NCBI RefSeq assembly: GCF_036321535.1
Contig: NC_087445.1
Coordinates: 10,170,001 to 10,234,000, forward strand
DNA length: 64,000 bases
Origin: Camelus dromedarius
Lineage: Eukaryota
Direction: 5' to 3'
Shown here one piece after another: positions 1-11,919 of this stretch (its first letter is position 1; each line of letters opens with the position of its first letter). The position numbers and the translations under genes were made by a program. Under the pieces are notes generated by a model that had not been told where the DNA came from, made no database searches, and saw nothing but the letters and a program-made list of their open reading frames with translations.

Positions 1-642
1 ATTGCCCAAGCAAGGCTGCAGGCTAGCCTCCACAGTTGCCTGGATTCTCTGGTCAGCTTTCCTAAATGGTCAAGTCTGGGTACTGTCCTCACCAGAAGAG
101 GAAGCTATGAATTAGCTTCCCTGTCCTAGCAGGGCTACAGAATGTGCCCCAGGGTGGCCAGCACGGCTCATGGCTTAGGGTCCTGATTCACACAAGACTG
201 TGCACTGAATCCTCTGGCCAGAAGGGGACCCCTGGTTTTGATGTGTTGTCTGGTCAAATGCCACTGTAAGTGTGGCCAAAAGGCTGGTCTGTGCACCTGC
301 CAACATGCTCTGGTTAGGTTCATTGATTGGGTGGCTGAAGGCAGCACTCAGGAGTGGGCAGGGATACAGATGAGCTTCCCTACATGGCCAGAGTGGTTAG
401 CACTCTGGGGACTTGCAGACACCTAAAAGTTCTCTTCACAGAAAAAAAAAAGCCCTTTTTTGTAACTATATGGGGTGATGGATCTACATCGGGCAGATTC
501 CTTGATGCAGGAGGTGTTTCCCTTCACCCCCGTGTTTTTAGATTTTCACAATGGTGTCTTGCAGATGAATAGTTGTTAGTAGGCCTTCTTGTGAGGGGGG
601 AGCGCAGTCGGGAATGGCTTGCTACCATTTTAGTGATGTCAC
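1..642 (-). mobile_element. Old L1 (L1MA/L1MB-type) 5'UTR fragment
   Basis: GC-richer decayed sequence ending ...GCTACCATTTTAGTGATGTCAC, the reverse complement of an L1 5' start of the GTGACGTCA..AAGATGG type. Recognised by eye. Confidence 0.5.
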
Positions 643-1099
643 GCCACAGTGTTAAAGTTTATTTTAATAAGTGAATTTTTTAAAATGCATCTTACAGTTA
701 ACTGTTGAAGGATGGGATTCAGAATTTTTATTTATGTATATTTTGAATATGATACTGTAGGCAGATGCTGAAGTAAGGATACATAGGTACCTGTGTATGG
801 GCAATTGTCTGTGTATGTTTGTGTACCTGTCTGTAACAGGTACATGGATGAAATCTTAATCTAAAATTTCCATTCCAGTCCTTCATTTTCCTTATGATGT
901 TTATCTGTTTAAGATATTAGGCCACTTATTCTAGAATTTCTCAGAGTCTGGATTTTGCTCATTGTATAGTCATGGTGCATGGCAGCAATTTAGTCCCTCC
1001 TCTGTAATTACTGCAAATTGGCCTCTGGATGCCAAGGCACGATCGGAATCAGGCACAGTCCCTTTGGCAATGGTATAGATTCATGTGTGTTCCTGCCTT

Positions 1100-3900
1100 A
1101 GGAGGAGGCATATGTTTAGGTTTTCAGTCTCTTTTGATGTTAAAATACATAGGGGTTCAATGCCTAGACCCACTAACTCAGGGAGTTTTCAAGATGGCTC
1201 TAGTTTCATCCTGTTATTTTGTAATGATTCACTATAATGCTTTGAATACAGTGATATTCTTCCTCAATTATAATTTGAGTATCCACCAGATGTAAAAAAG
1301 CCACATAAAAATGTTTGATTTTTACATCCTGTGTACCTGCTGTATGTAAAAATTAATTTCTGCCATCCTCAAAAGATGACCAATTATGATTTTTAAGTAC
1401 AGTTACAAAGAGATGTAAACACTTTATGGGGTGCCATCCATGGCCATTCTTATCATTCATGAAGTGTAACATGTCCCCTCTTTGGACAGTGGTAGGTTTC
1501 CCAAATCACTTCCTGTGTCCTTTTGGTTCTTTGGACATGGTGTTAATATATGTTGATAGGTAACTTACAACTTGGTATGACAAGTTGATCTGGGCTCATC
1601 TTACACAAGGAATCAGCCTATTCTGTATGAGCCCTGGATTCCTTCAAAGAGGAATGGTAATTGAAGAAAACAATATGGATGCTCATTGCTACTAAGTTTA
1701 AAGATAGTTTATAGAATATGTATCTATAGAGAATATATATGTATACACAGTCATCAGAAAATGTGATATGTATCGCCTATATGTGGAGGAGAGGAAAAGA
1801 CAGGGAGAAGCGGACCATAAAAAGGTGTAAACATGTAGGTGAAAGGAACAGGAAACTTCATGAGCGCCTACTCAAACCATGTTATGGAGTCCAAATTCAT
1901 CGTGCTTGCCATACAACAGGATGATAAATCAAGAAACGAGGTACTGGCATGAGGAAAAGCATGGATATTCGGAGAGCCAGAAGACTGAGAAGATGGGGAA
2001 CTAACGACCATCTTCCTCAAGCGAGAATTCAGGTTCTTTTATAGTAAGAAGGGGACAGGGTGCGGTTGGTTGTTGCAAACTTCTTGGTGTCAGAATCCTT
2101 TGTTCTCGCAACTGTTCGCTTAGGTCAGAGCACGATGTTCCTGTAAACCTCCGACAAGACAAATGTTACTCTCTGTTCTGCAACGTTTATCTTTACATGA
2201 ATGGGAAAGTGGTTACAACTGTAAAGGTCAGAGCATTGAGAATGGGCTAACTTGTGCATTTCAGGCTGTGGGCAACATTCATTTACAAAACATGCAGAAC
2301 CAGGGTGACTGAGAACAGGAAACAGCACGGTGTTAGAGCTGCAGGCGCAGATCTAAGATGGACTGAGGTCTGTCCTTCCTTGTTAAAGCTGCTAATACTC
2401 CTGGTTCTAATGTGTAAGTAGTTCTAGGGGGCTTTCATTTAATCTAGTCTATATTATATTTGCATTGTCTCTGTAGATACCTTCTTCCTTCCTCATGAAG
2501 ATCTTGGTTCTAAAGAACACAGAAGGTGGTACAATTACACTAGTCCATGGTTACTCAGTTTGCTATATAGCATAGCACACACGAACAGAACCAGAATAAC
2601 ACAATGGGAATAGTGTCCAAATCAATTATGGTGACTGAAAAGAGTTTATTTTTTTTTGCATACAATTTCTCCACACCCTCTCCAAACTTTCATGTTTAGA
2701 GTAGTCTACAATGGCAGATAACACAGCCGTTACATGCTATAAGTTTTAGATCTCAATTTAGTTTCATAGGTAAGTATGTGTATCACTGCTATCAGCAGTC
2801 CTTAAGTCACTATATTTCTAGTCTTTGATTGCCTGAACCGTTTTCACCGGGAGACAACTGAGTAAAGTCTCATGGGAACAATCTTATTAATATTGATAAA
2901 TTAATAAAAATTGATAGTCTGTAGAAATAAAGCTCAATTTTGCTGAGCAGGAAATCCTTGGCTCACATTTTCTATCCTTGGGTACCTGAAATGTTACCTC
3001 ATTTTACTGTAGCTGAAGGTGTAGCAGTTAAGCAGCTCCTGATAATCTATTTGCTTTCTTACATAAATCTCATACTCTTTGGCATGAATGGCGAAAGTTT
3101 TTTCTTAAGTTCAACCATTTTACTAGAACGTGTTGTCATTCTGGATTAAAAGTGTCAGGTATTTTGTTTTCTGTTTTTAAAAGGACATTGGGAAATTTCT
3201 TACTGTAGTTCTTTGAATTACAGTGTTCACATTATTATTAATGTATTCCATCTCCTGGAACAGATGTTCATCTTCAGGTATTAGTTTTATCCATACGTTT
3301 TCTTTACTTGTGCCAGCCCTCAATAACTGCTACTTTCTCCAATGTTTTCTGTCTTTTTTAATGTATAAAATTTCCTCAGTTTGTATCATCAGCTGCTATT
3401 ATGGTATTATTTGCATATTTATTTGTTGCTGTACAACTTCTAAAATATTAAGATTTTTTAAAAAATGTATAATTCTTAACTTATGTCATCCCATTTTTGC
3501 ATTTTTATTTACGATGCTATTTCATGCCTTGCATAAGTATCTAATATACTGAGCTTACTTTGAAATGTACCTTCTTGTTTTCTGGCATGCATACTGTTTC
3601 TGAAAGAAAACTGCTTTTTAGTCCATTTTTTTTAAATTTTCTTCTAACTTATATGGGTATCTTGCCTTAATAGTTTCTGTGTTGCCCATTTTTACATGAA
3701 TGGAATTTCCTTTTACAAGAAAGTACATTTTATAGTAGCCTGTGTAACTTTAGAAGGCTCCCCTTTCTGTTGTTTTTGTGCTTTGTGTAAAAATATGGCA
3801 TCTACCTTGATTTTGGAGATTGACTGGCTTTCTTTTCCCTTCCATTTTCATCTAGAATTTTCCTCTGTATTGTCTCTGTCCTAGACAATTTGGGTTCCAT
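1100..3900 (-). mobile_element. Ancient HAL1/L1MC-type LINE remnant, interrupted by an LTR
   Basis: 1590-1690 (GAGCCCTGGATTCCTT..GGAATGGTAATTGAAGAAAA..GCTCATTGCTACT) resembles an antisense L1MC4/5 3' end. 2900-3900 is T-rich antisense ORF1-like sequence. Boundaries approximate. Confidence 0.4.
1880..2387 (-). mobile_element. Solo ERV1-class LTR (MER41-like)
   Basis: Starts TGTTA and ends TGTTAA(A). Internal TTTTATAG (reverse TATA) and GGTTGGTTGTTGCAAACTTCTTGGTGTCAGAATCCTTTGTTCT are typical of antisense MER41-like LTRs. Confidence 0.55.
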
Positions 3901-4368
3901 TCCCTGAAATGCCGCCTCAGAGTGGAGCTCTCCCTGAAGAGACATCCTCATGGGTAACTAGGGAAATTTCAAATGGACTTGGCTTTTCCAGCCTGATGAA
4001 GATGTCCAGTGCACTGAGGAACGCAGTCGGGAAAGCCACCGCCGCCTTCTTTTTCTATGTAGGAACCATAAGGAAAGCTGAAATTGTTTTACACTGAGTA
4101 TGATGTTTTCTGTTGATTTTTAGGGTGTTTTTTTTACATAGTGAACTAGATCAGAGTTGCACAGGATTTCAGGAGTTGTTCTAGACCATTGTTTTCATGG
4201 CCCTACACTTCCTTGGCATAAGTTTGTATGGAATCAATGTATGTTCTTTGCCCAGGTGACCATTCAGATATTTCCGATTTGGAATCAGGAAAATGGAATT
4301 TATATTGTTTATATTTTTTGAGATTAATTTTTGAAACAGGTATTATCAACTCTTTCAATTCCAAATAG

Positions 4369-4556
4369 GCTTAAGTGTGAATGGACAGCTGGACAGGGAA
4401 GATACAGAGAAAACATACGAAATTATTCCAAGGACAGGGAAGGCCTGATTCCCCCATCTTTGACTGAGTTGAGCCATCTAGATACACTGTGGTTTCGTTC
4501 CACACAAAACCTAGGTCAACTGGCTCTTTACCTGTGAATAATGTATTGCGGTTCAG
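4369..4556 (+). pseudogene. Candidate decayed coding exon, identity unresolved
   Basis: Acceptor TTTCAATTCCAAATAG|GC and donor TCAG|GTAGGG. 188 bp, one base short of a symmetric phase-1 189-bp exon. Reads LSVNGQLDREDTEKTYEIIPRTG / EGLIPPSLTELSHLDTLWFRSTQNLGQLALYL*IMYCGS with one frameshift and one stop. Confidence 0.3.
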
Positions 4557-4614
4557 GTAGGGACTAAGTTACAGTGTTTGGGCAGAATGAATGTTTTAAC
4601 CATTGTCATTCTTT

Positions 4615-4930
4615 GATGCCATGAGGACATGAAATTTGCATCTATGTTTTTGTCCTTTTCAATGGATTATCTAGATGTGCAAGATTTCAGTGTGCATGTG
4701 TTCCACTCTCCTGTGTATACAGATTCCTTCCTAATTTTTTACTTTGCCTGTAATTGTACATAGGATGGCTTTTTTTTCCTTCTGTATTTCTTGTTTATTT
4801 CTTTCCTTCTGTCTGTTTCTCGCTTTCTTCTTTCTGTCACTGTTGATTGTTGTTGATGTTCATCTGCAGTGTTAAAAATGCAATTGATGTTTGTGTATTT
4901 ATTGTGCAACTATTCAGCATTCATTTGTAA
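4615..4930 (-). mobile_element. Diverged L1 ORF2 fragment
   Basis: CCATGAGGACATG..TTTTGTCCTTTTCAAT..GATTTCAGTGTGCA..AAAAATGCAATTGATGTTTGTGTATTTATTGTGCAACT follows the antisense L1 ORF2 pattern. Confidence 0.45.
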
Positions 4931-5757
4931 TGTTATCTACGGTTTTGTTGGAAAATTATGGAAAAGTGAAATTCTAAATATGGCACTATTGTAACCACAC
5001 CAAGTCATCATCTGCATCAAATAAAATGGCTCATGATTATAATCTTTCCAAAGTGTCTCTCCAGTTTTTGTGGGGAGGAGTGGGAACTTGTTGGGGCTTG
5101 GGCACTACGTGCACTTGTTTATTAAATCATTCCACTTCTGACACAGTATTGACATAGCATTTTAAAAAGGAATTTATTTTCTATTCAGTTGAGTCATACA
5201 ATAAGCTTTACCTCCATAAAAATTATTGCATCTAGCTGTCATATGTTCCTGGGGAGTAATGTTGATGTTAGTGGAACTGCAATGGCTTTCATTAATTCAT
5301 TGACAGAGATTTGATTATATATATATGTGTGAAAACAAAATGAATTTTCATGAAAGATTCTTCTGTACCATAACTTTGCAGCATTTGCCGAGCAGAGCAA
5401 ATAATATTATTTGATTAGTAATAGTTTCACATACAAGCAAACATACTTTGAATTCTGTCAATAGACACCATTTTCATGTCTCAGATGGAAAGTGGATTCC
5501 TCTTATTTCTTGCCTGAAGTCTGTGCAGGGAAATTCCTGTCTACTGTTGGGGCACAGAAGAGCAGACCAAGTTGCCTTCTTTTTATGTTTAGAGATTATT
5601 AGTAAATCTGAGATTGTTTTATGTCGAGAAGAATGTTTCATGACTTTGTGAGTGGAATACAGTCTCTATTCAGTCTACAGGTGGCAAATTCTGTGTGTTT
5701 CTTTGAAAATGTCTCTATTTTGCCTTTATTCTAAAATTAATTTTCCAAAGAAGATAA

Positions 5758-6755
5758 AGGCAAACAACGCAATGCAGAAATGGGCAGAAGACCTAAGCAA
5801 GCTATTCTCCAACGATGACATACACATGGCCGATACGGCCATGAAGAACTGCTCAATATAACTAATTGTCAGACAAATGAAAATAAGAAGTACAATGAGA
5901 TGTCACCTCATGCTCCTCAGAATGGCCGTCAATCAGACGTCCACAAAGGATCAGTGCTGGAGAGGGTGTGAAGGAAAGGGAACCCTCCTGCACTCTTGGT
6001 TGGAATGTATTTAGGTGCACACGTTATGGAAAACAGCAGGACAGTTTCTCAGAAGTCTAATCGTGGACTTACTCATACTGTGATCCAGCAGTCCCACTCC
6101 TGGTCATGTATCCAGATGGAACTTTAATTAAAAAAGACATGCACCCAAGTGTTCACAGTGGCGCTGTTTCCAGGGGACAAGACATGGAAAAAACTTCACC
6201 CACGAATTGACAGAGGACTGTTTAAAGAAGCTATGGTACATTTAGAGAACACAATACAACGGAGCTGTAAAAAATAATGAAATAATGCCATTTGCTTGCA
6301 GTGATATTGATGGACCTGGAGAATGTCATTTAAGTCAAATAACCCAGAAAGAGAGGGAAAATACCATATGAAATCACTTATCGATGGAACAAAAAAAGAA
6401 AAACAAGACACCAAGTTGTTTCCAAACCAGAAAGAGACTCATAGACACAGGAAACAAACTTATGGTTACTGGACCCAGGGTAGGGTGGGCAGGGGTTAGG
6501 AAGGGATAGATTGGCAGTTTGAGATTTGTGGATAGATACCAACTCATGTCTATGTAAAGGAGATAAACAGCAAGTTTATACGGTATACCACAGGTAAGTC
6601 TATATCCAATAGCTAGTAGTAAATTATGGTGAAAAAAGTATTAAAATGAATATGTATGCTCCGATATGCCTGAAGTTGTGTGTTGCTGACCAGAAATTGT
6701 CACAAGTTTGTAAACTGAGTGTATTTAATGATAATATAGAAAATTAAATAAACGA
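5758..6755 (+). mobile_element. 5'-truncated L1: ORF2 C-terminus plus 3'UTR
   Basis: Encodes NNAMQKWAEDLSKLFSNDDIHMA..MKNCS (L1 ORF2 KKWAKDLNRHFSKEDIQMA motif), TGCTGGAGAGGGTGTG (Cys-domain CWRGC), then a typical 3'UTR and A-rich end. Confidence 0.9.
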
Positions 6756-6779
6756 ATATAGGAATTTATTTTCCTAAGT

Positions 6780-6846
6780 GTATATAGAATATATATATAT
6801 ATATCATATATACATATCCTATATATAACACATATATAGATATGAT
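6780..6846. repeat. Imperfect (TA)n low-complexity tract
   Basis: TATATAGAATATATATATATATATCATATATACATATCC... Confidence 0.8.
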
Positions 6847-6947
6847 ACGGTTCAAGGTATCTTAGCCAGTGGTTTTTTTTTCCTTTTTTTTTCTAATACA
6901 TCTTACTTGTGGATTTGGGGGTGTTCTAGCAGTCATTGTTAGTTTAG

Positions 6948-7453
6948 CAGGACCCAGAAATTTGCAGTGTCAATTGTGTCTTCAGGGCCTTGTGGCACTT
7001 AGTCCATTGTCTTCTATGTCTGTTTTTGCCAATCACAGTATCTGCTCGAGTAAACAAGACATGGATGCAAATACAGAATCTTATAAGACACTGGGGAGCA
7101 TTTAGATAGAGAGGTGAAGTACAGGTTGCATGTGAAGAGGTTTTGTGCCAGACCTGAAATAATTAAATTTATGCTAGGGGCAAACCTTAATAGTCAAGAA
7201 GGAAGAAGTCAAGTCAGCATCAGTCATACCTCTCCTTCCATGTGCTGACGATAACAACGGTCTTTTCGCTCTGTGGCTAAACATTTCTGATAAATGGGAC
7301 AAATCCAAAGGATGAGTGCATCCAGTTCAAAGAAAACTGTTGAGGAAATGAGAGACCTAAATCAGAAACTTTGGGAAATTTCAGGAGCATATGTAGAAAC
7401 AGAAACAGAAATGTATGCAGGAACCTAAGGATATTAGCAATAAATTTGATTTG
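6948..7453 (+). pseudogene. Candidate second decayed exon, multiple stops and frameshifts
   Basis: NAGNAG acceptor TTTAG|CAG|GA, phase 1, compatible with the 4556 donor. Donor TTG|GTATTT. Protein-like segments GPRNLQCQLCLQGLVALSPLSSMSVFANHSICSSKQDMDANTESYKTLGSI and KQKQKCMQEPKDISNKFDL lie in the same frame. Polypyrimidine tract is weak. Confidence 0.22.
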
Positions 7454-7536
7454 GTATTTTTGGAGGAACCTGGAACGCAGCATACTGCCTGAGTTGAAGA
7501 GATAAAGGTGAGTATGGAGGTAAATCAGGAAGCTAG

Positions 7537-7599
7537 AGAGAGGATGTAGGGTAGGGGTAGAGCATAGGGCTAGCAGGCAGGAGGTTGTAGGTTCGATTC

Positions 7600-7605
<6 letters not shown>
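7537..7605 (+). mobile_element. Degenerate tRNA-Ala-derived SINE head or tRNA pseudogene
   Basis: Ungapped colinear match to the SINE at 53080 (40/64 by hand). Perfect B box GGTTCGATTCC at 7590-7600, GGTAGAGC D-loop motif and TAGCA anticodon-loop remnant. The A box is damaged. Confidence 0.65.
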
Positions 7606-7639
<34 letters not shown>

Positions 7640-7641
7640 CA
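7602..7641 (+). repeat. (GGCA)10 microsatellite
   Basis: Ten perfect GGCA units. Confidence 0.97.
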
Positions 7642-7642
7642 C

Positions 7643-10368
7643 GGAGAGTAGGAGAGTAGGAGAGTAGGAGAGTAGGAGAGTAGGAGAGTAGGAGAGTAGG
7701 AGAGTAGGAGAGTAGGAGAGTAGGAGAGTAGGAGAGTAGGAGAGTAGGAGAGTAGGAGAGTAGGAGAGTAGGAGAGTAGGAGAGTAGGAGAGTAGGAGAG
7801 TAGGAGAGTAGGAGAGTAGGAGAGTAGGAGAGTAGGAGAGTAGGAGAGTAGGAGAGTAGGAGAGTAGGAGAGTAGGAGAGTAGGAGAGTAGGAGAGTAGG
7901 AGAGTAGGAGAGTAGGAGAGTAGGAGAGTAGGAGAGTAGGAGAGTAGGAGAGTAGGAGAGTAGGAGAGTAGGAGAGTAGGAGAGTAGGAGAGTAGGAGAG
8001 TAGGAGAGTAGGAGAGTAGGAGAGTAGGAGAGTAGGAGAGTAGGAGAGTAGGAGAGTAGGAGAGTAGGAGAGTAGGAGAGTAGGAGAGTAGGAGAGTAGG
8101 AGAGTAGGAGAGTAGGAGAGTAGGAGAGTAGGAGAGTAGGAGAGTAGGAGAGTAGGAGAGTAGGAGAGTAGGAGAGTAGGAGAGTAGGAGAGTAGGAGAG
8201 TAGGAGAGTAGGAGAGTAGGAGAGTAGGAGAGTAGGAGAGTAGGAGAGTAGGAGAGTAGGAGAGTAGGAGAGTAGGAGAGTAGGAGAGTAGGAGAGTAGG
8301 AGAGTAGGAGAGTAGGAGAGTAGGAGAGTAGGAGAGTAGGAGAGTAGGAGAGTAGGAGAGTAGGAGAGTAGGAGAGTAGGAGAGTAGGAGAGTAGGAGAG
8401 TAGGAGAGTAGGAGAGTAGGAGAGTAGGAGAGTAGGAGAGTAGGAGAGTAGGAGAGTAGGAGAGTAGGAGAGTAGGAGAGTAGGAGAGTAGGAGAGTAGG
8501 AGAGTAGGAGAGTAGGAGAGTAGGAGAGTAGGAGAGTAGGAGAGTAGGAGAGTAGGAGAGTAGGAGAGTAGGAGAGTAGGAGAGTAGGAGAGTAGGAGAG
8601 TAGGAGAGTAGGAGAGTAGGAGAGTAGGAGAGTAGGAGAGTAGGAGAGTAGGAGAGTAGGAGAGTAGGAGAGTAGGAGAGTAGGAGAGTAGGAGAGTAGG
8701 AGAGTAGGAGAGTAGGAGAGTAGGAGAGTAGGAGAGTAGGAGAGTAGGAGAGTAGGAGAGTAGGAGAGTAGGAGAGTAGGAGAGTAGGAGAGTAGGAGAG
8801 TAGGAGAGTAGGAGAGTAGGAGAGTAGGAGAGTAGGAGAGTAGGAGAGTAGGAGAGTAGGAGAGTAGGAGAGTAGGAGAGTAGGAGAGTAGGAGAGTAGG
8901 AGAGTAGGAGAGTAGGAGAGTAGGAGAGTAGGAGAGTAGGAGAGTAGGAGAGTAGGAGAGTAGGAGAGTAGGAGAGTAGGAGAGTAGGAGAGTAGGAGAG
9001 TAGGAGAGTAGGAGAGTAGGAGAGTAGGAGAGTAGGAGAGTAGGAGAGTAGGAGAGTAGGAGAGTAGGAGAGTAGGAGAGTAGGAGAGTAGGAGAGTAGG
9101 AGAGTAGGAGAGTAGGAGAGTAGGAGAGTAGGAGAGTAGGAGAGTAGGAGAGTAGGAGAGTAGGAGAGTAGGAGAGTAGGAGAGTAGGAGAGTAGGAGAG
9201 TAGGAGAGTAGGAGAGTAGGAGAGTAGGAGAGTAGGAGAGTAGGAGAGTAGGAGAGTAGGAGAGTAGGAGAGTAGGAGAGTAGGAGAGTAGGAGAGTAGG
9301 AGAGTAGGAGAGTAGGAGAGTAGGAGAGTAGGAGAGTAGGAGAGTAGGAGAGTAGGAGAGTAGGAGAGTAGGAGAGTAGGAGAGTAGGAGAGTAGGAGAG
9401 TAGGAGAGTAGGAGAGTAGGAGAGTAGGAGAGTAGGAGAGTAGGAGAGTAGGAGAGTAGGAGAGTAGGAGAGTAGGAGAGTAGGAGAGTAGGAGAGTAGG
9501 AGAGTAGGAGAGTAGGAGAGTAGGAGAGTAGGAGAGTAGGAGAGTAGGAGAGTAGGAGAGTAGGAGAGTAGGAGAGTAGGAGAGTAGGAGAGTAGGAGAG
9601 TAGGAGAGTAGGAGAGTAGGAGAGTAGGAGAGTAGGAGAGTAGGAGAGTAGGAGAGTAGGAGAGTAGGAGAGTAGGAGAGTAGGAGAGTAGGAGAGTAGG
9701 AGAGTAGGAGAGTAGGAGAGTAGGAGAGTAGGAGAGTAGGAGAGTAGGAGAGTAGGAGAGTAGGAGAGTAGGAGAGTAGGAGAGTAGGAGAGTAGGAGAG
9801 TAGGAGAGTAGGAGAGTAGGAGAGTAGGAGAGTAGGAGAGTAGGAGAGTAGGAGAGTAGGAGAGTAGGAGAGTAGGAGAGTAGGAGAGTAGGAGAGTAGG
9901 AGAGTAGGAGAGTAGGAGAGTAGGAGAGTAGGAGAGTAGGAGAGTAGGAGAGTAGGAGAGTAGGAGAGTAGGAGAGTAGGAGAGTAGGAGAGTAGGAGAG
10001 TAGGAGAGTAGGAGAGTAGGAGAGTAGGAGAGTAGGAGAGTAGGAGAGTAGGAGAGTAGGAGAGTAGGAGAGTAGGAGAGTAGGAGAGTAGGAGAGTAGG
10101 AGAGTAGGAGAGTAGGAGAGTAGGAGAGTAGGAGAGTAGGAGAGTAGGAGAGTAGGAGAGTAGGAGAGTAGGAGAGTAGGAGAGTAGGAGAGTAGGAGAG
10201 TAGGAGAGTAGGAGAGTAGGAGAGTAGGAGAGTAGGAGAGTAGGAGAGTAGGAGAGTAGGAGAGTAGGAGAGTAGGAGAGTAGGAGAGTAGGAGAGTAGG
10301 AGAGTAGGAGAGTAGGAGAGTAGGAGAGTAGGAGAGTAGGAGAGTAGGAGAGTAGGAGAGTAGGAGAG
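7643..10368 (+). repeat. Perfect octamer tandem array (GGAGAGTA)n, ~340 copies
   Basis: 2,726 bp with no variant unit seen. Confidence 0.98.
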
Positions 10369-10377
10369 ATATATGTT

Positions 10378-10425
<48 letters not shown>

Positions 10426-10575
10426 GAGAGTAGGAGAGTAGGAGAGTAGGAGAGTAGGAGAGTAGGAGAGTAGGAGAGTAGGAGAGTAGGAGAGTAGGAG
10501 AGTAGGAGAGTAGGAGAGTAGGAGAGTAGGAGAGTAGGAGAGTAGGAGAGTAGGAGAGTAGGAGAGATATATGTT

Positions 10576-10623
<48 letters not shown>

Positions 10624-10749
10624 GAGAGTAGGAGAGTAGGAGAGTAGGAGAGTAGGAGAGTAGGAGAGTAGGAGAGTAGGAGAGTAGGAGAGTAGGAGAG
10701 TAGGAGAGTAGGAGAGTAGGAGAGTAGGAGAGTAGGAGAGATATATGTT

Positions 10750-10797
<48 letters not shown>

Positions 10798-10931
10798 GAG
10801 AGTAGGAGAGTAGGAGAGTAGGAGAGTAGGAGAGTAGGAGAGTAGGAGAGTAGGAGAGTAGGAGAGTAGGAGAGTAGGAGAGTAGGAGAGTAGGAGAGTA
10901 GGAGAGTAGGAGAGTAGGAGAGATATATGTT

Positions 10932-10979
<48 letters not shown>

Positions 10980-11073
10980 GAGAGTAGGAGAGTAGGAGAG
11001 TAGGAGAGTAGGAGAGTAGGAGAGTAGGAGAGTAGGAGAGTAGGAGAGTAGGAGAGTAGGAGAGATATATGTT

Positions 11074-11121
<48 letters not shown>

Positions 11122-11223
11122 GAGAGTAGGAGAGTAGGAGAGTAGGAGAGTAGGAGAGTAGGAGAGTAGGAGAGTAGGAGAGTAGGAGAGTAGGAGAGTA
11201 GGAGAGTAGGAGAGATATATGTT

Positions 11224-11287
<64 letters not shown>

Positions 11288-11397
11288 GAGAGTAGGAGAG
11301 TAGGAGAGTAGGAGAGTAGGAGAGTAGGAGAGTAGGAGAGTAGGAGAGTAGGAGAGTAGGAGAGTAGGAGAGTAGGAGAGTAGGAGAGATATATGTT

Positions 11398-11453
<56 letters not shown>

Positions 11454-11571
11454 GAGAGTAGGAGAGTAGGAGAGTAGGAGAGTAGGAGAGTAGGAGAGTA
11501 GGAGAGTAGGAGAGTAGGAGAGTAGGAGAGTAGGAGAGTAGGAGAGTAGGAGAGTAGGAGAGATATATGTT

Positions 11572-11619
<48 letters not shown>

Positions 11620-11721
11620 GAGAGTAGGAGAGTAGGAGAGTAGGAGAGTAGGAGAGTAGGAGAGTAGGAGAGTAGGAGAGTAGGAGAGTAGGAGAGTAGG
11701 AGAGTAGGAGAGATATATGTT

Positions 11722-11793
<72 letters not shown>

Positions 11794-11879
11794 GAGAGTA
11801 GGAGAGTAGGAGAGTAGGAGAGTAGGAGAGTAGGAGAGTAGGAGAGTAGGAGAGTAGGAGAGTAGGAGAGATATATGTT

Positions 11880-11919
<40 letters not shown>
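10369..11919 (+). repeat. Higher-order repeat class A: ATATATG-(TTTC)n-TTGAGAG-(TAGGAGAG)m, 10 units
   Basis: ATATATG markers at 10369, 10567, 10741, 10923, 11065, 11215, 11389, 11563, 11713 and 11871. Periods are 142-198 bp. Confidence 0.95.

Noticed and set aside
822..844. 9-bp inverted repeat TGTACCTGT/ACAGGTACA
   Set aside because: Short, in low-complexity TG/TA-rich sequence, with no supporting context.
7643..10368. Telomeric or interstitial telomeric repeat
   Set aside because: The unit is TAGGAGAG, not vertebrate TTAGGG, and no TTAGGG units are interspersed. Only GG runs occur, so canonical three-tier G4 is not expected.
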